NCBI GenBank assembly: GCA_030704615.1 | Contig: CM060731.1 | Location: 64,046,001-64,110,000 of the forward strand | From: Takakia lepidozioides | Lineage: Eukaryota; Plantae; Bryophyta | Length of the DNA stretch: 64,000 bases | Reading direction: 5' to 3' | Part shown: positions 39,360 to 56,200 of the stretch, piece by piece | How the letters are laid out: every line of letters starts with the position of its first letter | Position numbering within the stretch: the first letter of the stretch is position 1 | Position numbers and translations under genes: made by a program | Notes under the pieces: model-generated | The model's database searches: none | What the model was told of the DNA's origin: nothing | The model's input: only the letters and a program-made list of their open reading frames with translations

Positions 39360-40180
39360 GGTGCATTGCACATTGTGGGGTGAACCACTCTTAAAGGGTC
39401 AAATCCCATACACCTTGGCATCCATGTTGTACGTGGAGGTGATTCTGTTGCGTCCAATGAATTGGCAAATTGTTAGTAGAAGGAACGCAACGATGAAATA
39501 CCATTTTGTCGACATCTCAGACACATTTGGAACACCCCCGGCTACGATACTGGGCGTGCGCAAGGCACCGGTACCCCAGGCTATAATACCGGGTGTGCCC
39601 GAGGCACCGGTGCAACAAGTATCTGGAACGTTAGAGGATGAACTGATGGAAACAAAACAGCGGTCCGAACCTTGCATGACGACGTGGACGTGTCCGTGGA
39701 GTTTACAATCGCAGTATTGACCCCATCATTGCCGGAATTACGGACGTCTTTGACTCTAAGGCCGATGAAAGCATGGTTGAATAACGACGAATTGCGGATG
39801 AGAGAAGTAGAAAAGGAAAAGATTCAGTATTGAAAACTGGGGAATGCTTGAGGGTAGCCAGTCAATCCGATACCATGGATGATGTCGATCGCGTTACAAG
39901 GGAGCGAGACATTGTCATTGCAACTGCATGGCAGTTGTCAAAAGCATTGGAGATTCAGGCATAAGTCCCATTGGATGACGATTGGGAGAATTGGGTACAA
40001 TGGACGACCCACTTGACCTCCAGAGAAGCACGGGTAGAGTGGGCACTGTCGGCCTTGCAACGTGTCGCATGCATGTCAAACCGTAGCATTGATAGCATTT
40101 ATGACAACATGCAAAGGTATTAAGCAATCGTACTGGTACGGTTGAACAGATCCACTTACCGCTATTGGTACCGAATTGGC
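39360..40180 (+). pseudogene. Degenerate ORF of the host sequence (probably TE-derived) into which the gypsy inserted
   Basis: VHCTLWGEPLLKGQIPYTLASMLYVEVILLRPMNW continues in frame from the inverted segment 37321-36936. Function unassigned. Confidence 0.4.
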
Positions 40181-40429
40181 AGCCTAACATGCAGCTTCAT
40201 ACGGTCATTTTGATGCCAGAGTTTATCTAATTGGCCATCTTAGACTCTGACTAAATTTCTAAGTACTTTACCAGCGATTCCCAAATTACTAACAATTTGT
40301 CATGTTTTGGCAGTACAATGCCGAAACTGCCTGGCTAAAGATAAAAAACGATCAAAAAATAAAAATGTAGCATTTATGCATCTACAACAGTATTTTCTTT
40401 TGATCTCCTTAGCCATGTCACAAAAGTCT

Positions 40430-41080
40430 TGGAAGATATAAGGTCAGAGAGCCTTGTAAAATTCCGTAGGCATACCATCTATCCCTAAGGTTTTTCCACT
40501 GTTCATTTGATCTAGGGCGTCTTCGAGCTCCGGAGGAGTGAAAACCCTGGACACTGGCTTGGCCTCTTCATCATCCAGCCTGTTCCGGAATAGACTTCAG
40601 ACATGTTTGGAGCATGTGGGCATTGTCAATCCCCACAGGATCCGCATAGAAAAGCGAGCTGAAATGCGAGAAAGCCATGTCACAGAGTTCTTTGGGTTTG
40701 GAAGATTTGTTGCCAAGATTGTCCATGTAGAGCTCTGGGATGCTTTGCAAGGCCTTCTTGGGCTTGATTTTTTGGAAGAAGTATTTCGACGTTTTCCCCC
40801 CCTTGGTTGACCAGTTAACCCCAGCTTGCATTTTTCATTTTTTGCTCCTGCTGCGTTTGGAAGGCACCCAGGTTCGAGCGAGCCTCGAGGTAGGTCTAGA
40901 AGGTGTGGTCATCACACAATGAACTTTCTATTTTCCTTTTACATACTTCTTGAGGGCTATCATTTCGCTGTTATTACGCACGGTGGTAATGGGGCACATA
41001 CAGCCTCAGAAGTGGTTGTGGGTTCAATCCACCCTTGGTGTCACAAAGGTGTCCATCTTCCTAGCGGAAGGAAATAATCC
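40430..41080 (-). mobile_element. LINE ORF2 fragment (endonuclease-RT linker)
   Basis: AGVNWSTKGGKTSKYFFQKIK...ELCDMAFSHFSSLF...FTPPELEDALDQM..GKTLG.DG fits the L1/Tx1-type W..EGD..TKYFF and K.PG.DG region; degenerate. Confidence 0.75.
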
Positions 41081-42014
41081 TTCTGGGTGAAGAGACACCA
41101 TAGTTTATGGGCCTGGCTTAGTCTACTTGAAGCTGCCGGTATGAATGGGAATTTTTCAACTGGGCAAAACAAGTAGTTTCCTGACCCACTTATTAACCAT
41201 TTAAAGATCTTCTCAACTCAACCTCCTCTCTTGAGGTCAAGAAGGCCAAACTCAAACTCAAGTCTTTCATTGCAAATGGGCCACCGCTTGAGTTGGGTTG
41301 GGATCCAAAGGTTTTGGGTCCAAGAATACATGGAGGGACTCAAGCTCGGAGGAGGGTTGTTGGAGTAGACATGTAGAGATGCGCATGAGAATGAAGAGAG
41401 CAAGCAGTGCAGCTTCTTCTCATGCGACAAGGTAGTTGTATACCCGTCGGTTTGGTGCTGCATCGATCGATTCGCAGTCGCAGAAAGAAACCCATCTATG
41501 GAATATTTGACTCTCTCATATAATGTTATGCAATATAGACAGGAAGAAGGAAGAGAGACGAAGTAAACGTGCTATACATTGGAGAGATGGAAATACACTC
41601 AGGCAGCGTTTTCCAGGATGATACCCTCGAGGATACATTCCATTCATGAATAGAGTTTTAGCAGTTTAAACTTTGTTGGGGGTTGTAAGAAGAAGAGCCA
41701 TGCGAATGCGGGACGCGGATTCAATATCGTGTTCCTAGATCAGAAGCACGGAATTTGCGCAATTCCAGTGGTGTTATTTTATTTGTAGCGAGAAGGGGGC
41801 CGTCGAGCGATTTGAGGGCCCCTGGGTCATGAGAATGGCAAGCTAGTTGCAGAAACTCCGTGCCTCCTTCACCCTCTTTGTATTCGTGGCTTTTCTTCGG
41901 AAGGTGGGCACTCTGCGTCTAGATTCAAGCGTGCTCCATTGCAAAACCAAACAAAGATTTCGTACTGTATATTTGCAGGGGTATGCTCGTGTAGTAAGCG
42001 GGCAGGCTGCTTCG

Positions 42015-45000
42015 ATGGCTGCTTTGCATGTTGCACACTCTTCCAAGCATCTCTTTGCTGTCAACAATATCTGTTTGTCGCAGTCAGGAAGCTTACCTCG
42101 TTACTGGGGATCCGTCGCTTCCAATCCATCGTGTAGAATAGGATGTTTGAGCTCTAGGCCTGGCTCCAGCATCCCTTTCCACATGCTGCGGTACCAAATG
42201 GGCAACAGTTGTCCCTCATTTGACGACAGACATGCACGGGCAGGTAAACGAAATGCACAAAACTCAATCCCAAGATTTCGAGAGCCATTGGTAGCGACAG
42301 GCGAGGAATGCACCCCGGGCAATTCGAAAGTATGTTTTGGGACCATAAGGGGGGGAAGAGAGGAAAGAAGACGAGGAGGGTGGAAGAGTGTTCGAAAAGT
42401 ATGTTAGAATCCTATTTATATACAGTGGACAAGGGACGGGAGCTTTCCCAAGGACTTCGAGAAACTACAGAGACTAGAGCAAAGAGCGTCCGTGTAGAGT
42501 CAGCAATTACCAGGGTGGACTAATGTTCACAAGCCAATTGGACATAGAACACCTTTTAATCATAATAAATTACGCTTCTCTGAAGTAGAGCCCATGGAAG
42601 CACCAGAAGAGATACATTTGCTATGCCACATGTTATATTGTCTACTCGAGTGCTGAGCAATGACAAGACATTTCAGTCTTTCTCTCAACTTTGTTATTGG
42701 AGGAGGGGTAGAACGTCCAAGTTTGTTGGCTTTGGTGAATGTTCACATGCAGATTTGAGTCTGGCCTGAATTTTCTAGGACTATAATCAAATCCCATTCT
42801 GAATTCATCCTGAGGGCACAGGGCACACCGTAGAATCTCCTCAAGCCTGGCAATTACGAGCCTCTACTACCAGTGAGGACAAGTCAGCGGCGACCCCCAC
42901 AGAACACTTGAGGCCACCAACTGGTAGGGATCCATTGGAAGGAGTTGGAGTGATGCCAGTGGTGGTAATGCGGGATTCGAAGGTTCCGGAGAATTGGAAT
43001 GGACCTGGTGGCACAGTAGTGCTTATTGACAAGCCTAAAAGTAAGTGCAACTGTTTGTGTGGGCTGTTTGCAGTGTAAGCTGAATACTCCGGGTCATGCT
43101 AGTGCTCATACGTGTGCACCCATGAGGATGCAACAATCTTACGCAGGCATCTTTGTGCATCAGAACCAGCAGCAACCTGTAAGGTGGAATTGTGAAAGTA
43201 TCTGCATCAAATGCATACGCATTTTCATGTTTTCAAGACACTTTGGTCTGTGTGCAGAGAACGTGCTTAATTATCACATCTCATAAGCTTTATTGAGGAT
43301 GCGCCATGTACCCCAGCTCCCCTTCTCTTTAGTAGCAACAGTTGTTGTAGGCCTGACCCTGATGTGGGTTCCATATCTCGGGGTGTGGTGAGTTGCCTGC
43401 AGATTGGACATCCTTTGATGTGTGTGGCAAGCTCCGGTACTTGCTAAAAATTCAAAAGGTTGGTCCAGCTCTTTTCCTCAGGCTAATGATACCTGGTGCT
43501 TGCTTCTGTCCTGGTTTGTCTGTTTGATACCCAGTATGGTCTGGATGCACATTCCACTCCATTCCATTCCACTCGAGCAATAGTTTGTATTCTTGGCTCT
43601 GGTTTTGTTTCCTCTCTCATGTTTTCTTCCATTTTGTCCCATAAGCTCTATGAGCTTTCCGCGGACGATTCTTATGTCAGGTGCCCATCACGCATTTGGA
43701 GGAGCTCAATAACTTTAGGTTGAGATACATTCCCCTTGGTCTAAGGGTCCTACTTTAGCTAACTGCAAGTTAGCTAAAGTTCCTTTCGACAGTCAATATT
43801 TAGGGAGTTGGGGTCGCAGGTAGGGCATGCAGGCACACTTGACCCCATGGCCACAGGTTTGCTGGTTGTATGCGTCGGCAAGGCAACGAAGCTCGCCGAC
43901 AGGTATCAGAACTTAGAATCATTCTGGAGGATGTGCAGTTACTTGTTTGACATGCACTGAAAGAGCTGTGTGTGTTTGGGTTTTTCGCAGTTTGGCACCC
44001 GTTTGGGTTTCTGTGTTGTGCGAAGCAATTCATTGGAACATCACCACTCGCCAGCTTTGTTGACTGGAAATCTGAAAACTTCCTTTAACAGTAAGAACTG
44101 TAACTGGTCTGAAGGGGAGGATGGGGGCCAGCTATCAGGCATTGACCAAGGTCTACAGTGGGACGATGCGGCTGGGTGAATGCACACCTTCTTGTGATGC
44201 GGACACACCAGTGAGTTGTTTCCTTTCTCTTTCTGTGTGAGAGAGTAGGAGGCTCCATACACTTCTTGCCGTGGACCTTTCCGGCATGGATGGGGTTCGG
44301 GAGGGGGGTGGTGCATGATTCACTTCATGGGTTTTACAATGCGTTTAATAACCCGTGTGTACTTGCCCCCAGAGCCATGCTCCATATGAAAAGTTTGCAG
44401 TTTCTTGAATAGGATTAATAAATGTTATGGATTACTTCCCTTGAGACAATCTGAGGGTAAAACCGGCATTACAGGTCTCACAGATGCTGCCTTGGCAGCA
44501 TATAGAAGATGCCGACATTGAGAGAGCCAAGCAGGCCTTTATTGGACAGATCATGCAAGTGCCCCCAATGTTCTCTGCTATCAAGGTAGGCAATAATTCT
44601 CAAGTTGTCTATTTAGTTGATTTCACTTGTTGGTCCCTTGTTCTGGTTCAAATGTCTGATACAGAGCAACTTTCCTAAGTTCTCTCTTTGCAGCACGCCA
44701 ACTTCCTCCAGCATCCGAATGTTGAAACCGAATGTGTCAAAGGTTGCACTGTTTTATCATCTGCCATCCAAAGACTGTCAAAAGACCCCATTTGAGCAGA
44801 CATGGCCTTACAGAATTGCAAGTTGGGCAGGGATACTGTGTGCATGGTTTACTGATTTTGTGGGTGCATTTGTAGGTTCAAGGGGAAAGACTGTACAACA
44901 AAGCAAGGCGTGGGGAGGAAATTAAAGTTCCGCCACGGGCTGTAACAATCTATGATTTCCAACTCAAGCGTAGTCCTGAAACCAGGTCATTCTCTTTATC

Positions 45001-46245
45001 TAGAGGGACATAAGACCTCTCTCTTTCCATACTGGCTCTCTTTCAGTATCTGTGATGCAGTGCATGCAGTTGTGACATTCTGTGGTTTTGGTAAAAGCAA
45101 ACAAAATGTGCTGTTGAATTGCGGCCCCAAATCTTGTTTAGTTTTATCCTCTCCCTGGCCCATTCTCTTCCATCCAAACTAAGCTGAACATGACCTAGTG
45201 AGCACACTTCTCACATGCATCACTCCGTCTCTGAGCAGCGTTGGGGTTTTTGACACACTTTGGTTTTCTCTGAGTTTTACCGTGCCCCATATGCTCCTGT
45301 GCTCCTGTGTTGTTCTTTCTTTTTGCTCTCTCTTGGGCACACCTGTTGATTACTGAGAAACATATTTGTTTTGACTGTCCCAGACAAGAATTGGATTTTG
45401 TAGTGGTCTGCTCCAAGGGAACATACATTCGATCACTCTGTGCAGACCTAGGACAGTCCCTTGACAGGTTTGGCTTGCTACCTAATCCTAAGCTATCTGA
45501 AAATTGTTCTTGGATTTTGAAAGTTGTCCCCTGGATAAGTCCTTGTTGACTATAGCTGATGACATAAGGCCAGTGCTCCTGTAAAGTCGATATATTATCA
45601 TGCTGGATTTAGGTGTGAACTTTGGAACTCCTGCTGTAACTTAATTGTAGCGGAGATGATCTTCACAATGCCATAAATTTTGATTCGCATGTGCGGATGT
45701 TGGAAGTAGGACACAAAGAGTGGTTGGATTGGAGTGTCAGATTCAACACTGCTTGCATACTTTTGGTAAATGGTTTGTGTGTGGCAGAAAAATAGGCAAC
45801 AAAAATAGTATTGATGATTCAAATGCTGACTGATGACATGTGTCTGGAGAATGCAGTTTTGCACATCTCACAGCTCTAAGACGAGATAAAATAGGTCTCT
45901 CTCTCTCTGTAAACCCTGTTTTCAATTGATTTTATACTGATGCTTGTGTAGACTGTTAGAGAAAATGTATCCTAATCCAGCTCTTCAATGTCAAGCTCCT
46001 CCCATGAGATTCTTCCAAATGATATGGTTAGAGATCAGGGTTGTGGAAGTCAGGAAAAATTTATCTTGAAAAATGTCTGCACTGGAACTGTGATCAGCTC
46101 TGTTAGAACATTTTGACAATGGGTCTCTGATGGGTGTGCACATTTGGCAGGCAACTTAAGTGTGGAGGATGCATGGCCTGTTGCAGAGCTAGTTGAGCAC
46201 TACCAGGGACTAAAGAGTGTACAGATTCATCCAGCACAGAATTGA
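42015..46245 (+). CDS. truB: tRNA pseudouridine-55 synthase TruB, organelle-targeted, ~10 exons
   Basis: Exons approx. 42015-42243, 42822-43040 (VLIDKPK), 43403-43458 ([11 protein letters not shown]), ~43820-43901 ([23 protein letters not shown]), 44139-44210, 44475-44585 ([10 protein letters not shown]), 44876-44986 (GERLYNKAR), 45385-45467 ([15 protein letters not shown]), 45856-45893 ([12 protein letters not shown]), 46151-46245. Ser-rich N-terminus. Confidence 0.92.
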
Positions 46246-47338
46246 TGGAGCTATTTATCGACAGTGTCCTAACATCCGCTCTCATTGAGGCGGAAGAAAC
46301 TATTCTTGAAAGTAGGAATGAAGAGAGGGGAAAGATGTTGGAATGGTTTGAACTGCGGATAGTAGGCCACATGAGAGTCAGGAGTCTTTACTGATGGAAA
46401 AATAGAGCATCCTTCACCTGGATACCCAGTTATAATCAGGTACCAGGTATCCTGCTGGATAGACTGGTGCAAAATATGAGCTGACACGTTTGAACGGGTT
46501 TGATATTCCATCAGAGGCGCATTCCGGCAACTTTTCTGATTTTACCCCCATTATTTCTGCGTACAAGTAGCTCAGTCATTTGCCCGGTCAAATCGAAACC
46601 TCGAAAAAATTTGGCAGGAAAGAAAACACTCTTGAGGGATGGGGGTATGGCTTCCTGGTTACTGCGAGGTGGATAGTGTTGGACTTGGCATCCAATTCAC
46701 CACTCCAAGCCGGCTGAGATAAGTGGTTGCTTACACCACTTTAACATGGACCTGTCTTACACAATCCCCATTCCTAAAGTTGAGGCCCATATTTTCAGTT
46801 TTGGGAACCCATGTCTTTCGACCGACATCCTCTTGCACAATTCCATGCTACTGACTTTCTGTACCCAAGAACTGTACAGTCACGCAGTGTCCAGCGCTGA
46901 GGGGCCTCAGAATTTTGTGTGGCCTCGTCGTACTGAGGCCGCATGGTGCAGAAGGGAGAGGACCTGACAGATGTTGATACGGCTGAGGTTGTTGGTCTGG
47001 TGGTAGGTCGATGGCGATTTGGCAATGCAGGTCTTGGGTTCCATTCCTAGAACGTAGTTCCGGTGGCGGGCCGACTGCGCGTCGAAAGACTATCTATATA
47101 TACACATAATAAACTTTTCGAAGCTTTGCTGTTCGCTTTTGCTATGTCCGGGAAAAGATAGGTCTGCCCTCTCCACCTTTTCACCTCGTGGCAGTCTGGG
47201 CGAAGTTCACTGCGCACTATATATCTCAACTTGCCTCGCTCACCTGCACAGGCTCATATCTCTTTCATCTCCCTTGATTTGAAAACTGTTTGTCTCTCGA
47301 GCTTTTCTCAACTTAGCTTTACAGAATCCGAGTTACAA

Positions 47339-48479
47339 ATGGGCAAGAGTCGGAAAGTTGCAAAGAGAGAACCCATCAAAGGTGACGACAGGGATTGCGG
47401 GCGTCTACCCGAAGACATTGTAGAGATTGTTCTTGCGCATCTCCCGGTGCGCGATCTTCTTACCTGCCGAGCACTGTGCACTATATGGAGTCACTTCAAC
47501 CTCGTGGGACCTTCCTTTCTGCAGATGCGTGTGAAGATGGCCGTGGAATTGACAGATTGGTTCTTTCCCCTTTGTTTAGGTCTAGGCGTGATTTCTCGTC
47601 GTGACAGTGAATTGGGTTGGGGAATGCATCACGCATCAAAGGAATGGAGTCAAGATTACCGTACTTACTGCAGCTGGGGGCCTCATATTAGGTCGTCGAG
47701 GCTTTCACCCGAAAACCCAGCAATTGTATGTTTGTAATCCAGTGACCAGGAGATGGAAGCAGTTGCCTGATCGAGTGGTGGATGGAAGAGGCCGGGCAAC
47801 CACGATGTACGTTGATCACATGTCTGGGACATACAATATTTTTGTCTTTGGCCTGTGTTTCCTCCAAATTTACAATTCTGCAACACAAACGTGGATGCTA
47901 CATAGATATGCAGCTGAGTTGTGCGCACCTCATGACTCTGTGGTATGCAATGGGATCTTCTATTTCCTGCAGGAGCTAAGAAGAGACATAATCACGTTGA
48001 ACGCATTTGACATCGAAAGAGGACAGTTACTTGTAAGATTTTCCAAGAGCTATCGTGAAGAAAATATGAGGAACCCTCGACTTGTGGCGTGCAAGGATAC
48101 TCTCTACCTTATCGGAGTTTCATGGGCGGGCCTGCATCCTGACTTAAATTCAAAATTGGTTGTGAACTTTTACATCACCCGGATTCAGCTGCAAGGAGAC
48201 GGATATAAATCTTTTCCGGTAACCCAGCTGTCGCACGATGTCGGTAAGACGGATGCCGTTACCCGAGAAGCTTTCGAAGACAACTGGCAATGCGCAGCAA
48301 GAGATGAGTGTATCTGGATGACATGTGCAGATTGTTTCTTGTGGTACAACGTCAGGAATGATACTAAAGGGGAGCAGCTTATCATGCATAATATTGGCGT
48401 CTCTGATCCATCTCACTGGCTCAAGCTCCGTTACCTTCCCAACGCAAATTTTGCACCGAGTTTGACTGCTGCTCCTTGA
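47339..48479 (+). pseudogene. F-box protein with beta-propeller-type C-terminus, one frameshift
   Basis: F-box LPEDIVEIVLAHLPVRDLLTCRALCTIW; second frame has AAGGLILG, LYVCNPVTRRWKQLP, SVVCNGIFYFL, PRLVACKDTLYLIG. The frame changes near 47590-47620 with no evident intron. Confidence 0.8.
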
Positions 48480-50231
48480 CAGTATATATTCATATGTACA
48501 GCTTTCTGATCATGTTCAAGGAAGATTTGAGTTGTAACTTGCCATTTGCAGGTTTAGATGTCCGCTAGATCTCAAGAAGTAGGCACTACGCATGCTGTGA
48601 ATGTCTTGAGTCTCCCAAGTTGTCCGAAGTAGGGAAACATAGAACCCAGTCGCTGTACACCAGCTCAAATGACAACTGCATAGTTGGAGCTGATTGATCT
48701 TTCTTGCATGTGAAGTAAAGCTTCTCACTAAATGAAGAAATTTTGTTTGTTTCCTTGTCAGAGGAGCTGTCAGGACTCACACCCTTGATAACCAGCTGAA
48801 TGCTTCTAATAAGACATAACCTCCAAGTGCAGTTGTTTATATGCTAAATGTGTGCACAAAGGATCAAAGGATACACAGACCGTCTTTGAGGACGAGCGCT
48901 TGAGGACGAGCCTGTTTTTTGTGGGCCCCCTCCAAAACCAGATATACCCTCATGGTTCTTCCCCACAAAATTCCATTAGAAACAGCGAGCAGAGAAATTT
49001 CAAGAGTCTTTGCTCATCAACCTCAAGAGAGACTGACTGCAAAGAGGAAGATGACCCAGGGAAGACATATATTTTGAGAGAGAGAGAGATCAACTGTTAA
49101 TGTAGGAGCGGCCTGATCTATTAAACAGTAAATCAGAGCTCAAAATTTTGCAAACATCATGAGATAGACAACAACATGATGCACAAGGGCTTGCGCCAAG
49201 CTCTAGAACTTGCAAGCATCTTGAGTTTGAGCTCCAAGAGTAAGAAAGCTGTAGAAGAGATATCCCGCGATTGATGAAGAAGGCTGGTGGAGATACCTCT
49301 CTTCTTCAATATTCAAAACTGCGCAGGAAACCCATTCCTTGCATAGTTGTCGCCCCTTTCCTGTTTTCTCTTAGATGAGCTTGCTCCTCATCATCACTAA
49401 TCCACTTGAAACCTTCAACTCCTCGTGTTTTTCATAGTTTCCTACCTCTTCAGATCTAGAAAAGAAATTTGCATGCATTATCACTATGTTTTCACCCTCA
49501 AGACTCACGGCCGACATGAGAAATCCCATGGCTTCAATTCATGGCCAAGATGTATGATGTCCATCATGGGTACATAAAGGACAATTATCTGCTTGCAATC
49601 TGCATCCGGTGTCAATCATGCATCAAGTACCCTTCCCCTTCCCACTTTACTGATGCGTCCCAGACCCTGAGTAGTAAGAGTGAAACAATCTGGTCATGGA
49701 TGGCCAGTGGCAATGACAACTACACGTTGTATGATATCTTTCACAAGGGTTGAAAGGAAGTGACAAGAAAGACCAAATTAACATCATGAGAGGCCAAATG
49801 CTCTTAGGTGTCTCTCCATGTCACTTCAACCCTGAAAATGGGAGAAAGAATTACACCTGACCCCATTGCACAAGCCAAAAGTTCTTGGAACCGGTAGGTC
49901 AGTAGGAATACACAATTCCACTCCAGAGCAAAATATCCATCAGAGAGTTCCAAGGAAAGCTAGACCCATTTATTCAACCTGTAGCCCGCGCCTTTGTTGT
50001 CATCGTAACAAAAATAAAGATCTCAACGCCGAGAACTAAATCAATCAATCATCCAGAAAAGGAATATGTTGCCGAGCAAGAAATTAAACTCTGAGCCTAG
50101 AAATTGACTATAGCAATAGAAGAAGACTTATTGCCTCTAGCCTGAAGTCAGACAACTCTAAGATGAGAGGTGATGGGCTCTCATTGGCCGCCAAATCCCC
50201 CATACAGACATTCAGGTATGTCAGACACGCT

Positions 50232-53737
<3,506 letters not shown>

Positions 53738-54029
53738 CTTCGATACAATTCCTCTGCAGATCGGGCCCCGTGAAGAGGAATGAGAGAGAGGAAAAAAACA
53801 CTTTAATCGCAGGAGTGTGAAGAGAGAAAAAGAAGAGAAAGGTTTGTTCCACGGTGGCCCGCTTACCGTCGCGCCGCATCTTTCTTCTCGAACGGCCACG
53901 ATTCGCTGTGGGACAGCATCGTGCGGTGAAAGAGCGAGAAGTTCAAAGACGGTGGGCGATACTTCACATGTAAAACGGCAAATTTTCAGGGGAGTTCTCG
54001 AAGTATTTTACTTGTTCCCCATACGTTCC

Positions 54030-54355
54030 ATTGATTTCTTAATGTTCATCCTCTTAATGATTTTTTTGATGAATGTGGTAACACAATCCATTCGACGAGT
54101 CGCCGAATGATAACATATATAATCCATAGGTACCGGTATATTGATTTCTTAATGTTCATCCTCTATAGGATTTTTTTGATGAATGTGGTAAGACATTCGG
54201 CAAAGACCAGTCGCCGAATGATAAAATATATAATCTAGAGGTATATTGATTTTTTAGTGTTCATCCTCTATATGATTTTTTTGATGAATGTGGTAAGACA
54301 ATACATTCGGCGAAGACCAGTCGTTGAATGATAAAATATATAATCCAGAGGTATA
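54030..54355. repeat. Tandem repeat, ~105-110 bp x3
   Basis: TTGATTT(C/T)TTA.TGTTCATCCTCT...TTTTTTGATGAATGTGGTAA...GAATGATAA.ATATATAATC starts at ~54031, 54141 and 54246. Confidence 0.85.
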
Positions 54356-54829
54356 TTTGTGAAACCTCAAAACGAGCCTGAAGCATATACTCTTTTTGTC
54401 GCGCAGGAAGTTGTGAATCTAGCAGAGCCTACGGAGTGCCCAACATCATCCCAGCGTGGTCGGCAGGAGCCGTCGGATGTTTTTATCAATTGAATCTGAG
54501 ATGAAGTCCCTGTCGCTTCTTGGCAATGAGAGTGAAACAATGCGCAAACATCTGCTTGCCGACCTTCGTTGTGTTCGTGGGAGGCTGTCCACTTTACAAA
54601 TCAGAATCGACAAAGGTCTGTTGCACCCTCTTCAGGCAGTTCCATTCATAAAAAATGATGATGGAAACAACATGTCTCTTGCCAAGAAAATGGATTTTGT
54701 AGACCGGTTCCATAGTAAGTGACCATTGAGTCCATTGGCAATGACACTTATTTTGTGATCACCAGGTTTAATATGAAGTACATGTCTGTTCATAGGTTGT
54801 TATTCACTTTGCCATTCCATCCACATTCA

Positions 54830-56145
54830 ACCTATGTAACCCACTCAATGGGACACCCATGGGCCGGGGTGACACAACGCAGGGTTACACCCTTATGGGG
54901 TTTCATAACGTAACATAGCTCTACTTAGTGTAACTCGTATCTGTGGTACTCCACACAGTGTAACACAGACGAGTGTAACCCTCTTCAGTGTAACTCATTG
55001 TGGTGTAACTCCAAGTGTAACTCCAAGTGTAACTGCAATGTAACTCTCCACAGTGTAACCCAGTATGTAACCCCATCGAATATTGCTGTCAGTGGTGTAA
55101 CTCGATGACTACAGTGTGACTACACGGTCTGGGTTAGTCTGCCGGGGTTACATGACCCTTCAATACAGAGTGGGAAGACGCTAGAGTCGAGCACCTTTAG
55201 TCGCCAATACTAGCAACCCCTCTATGTGCAACCCCTCTATGTGTAACCCATATATGTGTAACCCCTCTATATGTAAGCAATTTAGGTGTATCCCACCCTG
55301 TATGTGTAACCCCTCTATGTGTAACCCAATTTGTGTGTAACCCACCCTGTATATGTAACCCATGGACGTGTAATCCATGAGATAGTTAATCATTCCGTTC
55401 AACCTATGTTATGGACCTGTGTAGCCCTCCGGAGTGTAACTTGTTGTTGTGTAACCCCAAGAAGTATGTATCCCGACCACATGTAACCCCCACTGTTGTC
55501 ACCCCATCGCATGTAACCCATTGTACAATTTGGGGTGCATGTTGTAAACCCGATGCTACATCACCCCATCTTATGTATCCCCACGACACGTAGCCCTTGT
55601 ATAGCCAACCCTGCCCACTGTCACTGTGCACAGTGTAACTCAGAGCTGTGTAACCCTCTTGAGTGAGTGTAACCCAGAGTGTTGTAACTCCAAGAAGCAT
55701 GTAGCCCGACCAGATGTTCCCCCATCGTATGTAACCCATTATATATAGCCCTCATGTATGTAACCCCATGTAGTATAACTCTAAGAACTTCAGTGCACAA
55801 AAACTTCAGTGCGAAAAGAAAAAAAAAAAAGAAAAAAAAAACAAGTGCACATAGTCGAGGTGGGGTTACATGCCACGAAACTATACCGTTTCAGCTACGT
55901 GACCCTGACATAGCCAGGAAGGCCCAACCATGTAACCCTGAGAGGCCCATTGCATGTAACCCATAAGTGTATCCCCACGTTGTGAGACCCGGCACGGTGT
56001 AACCCATCACTTATGTGTGAACCCACAGAGTGTAAGCCCATTGCCCCAGGGCCCCAAGGTGTACCCAAGTACTTGTCTATGACTCCACTTCATGTAACCC
56101 AATAAGGTGTAACCCCATGTAAGCCCATTGCATGAAACCCAAACT
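54830..56145. repeat. TGTAACCC motif field (GGGTTACA on the minus strand)
   Basis: Dozens of dispersed (G)TGTAAC(C/T)C motifs. Confidence 0.85.
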
Positions 56146-56200
56146 GTGAAGTGTTACGAACAAACCACATAGAAGCAAAAAATGCATCAAGAGACGCTAT

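Noticed and set aside
42308-42523. Frameshifted N-terminal part of TruB
   Set aside because: Falls inside an in-phase GT-AG intron (42244-42821).
55181-55215. Helitron 3' end (CTAG) in the Ulp1 element
   Set aside because: No convincing GC-rich hairpin at the expected spacing, and motif fields continue on both sides.
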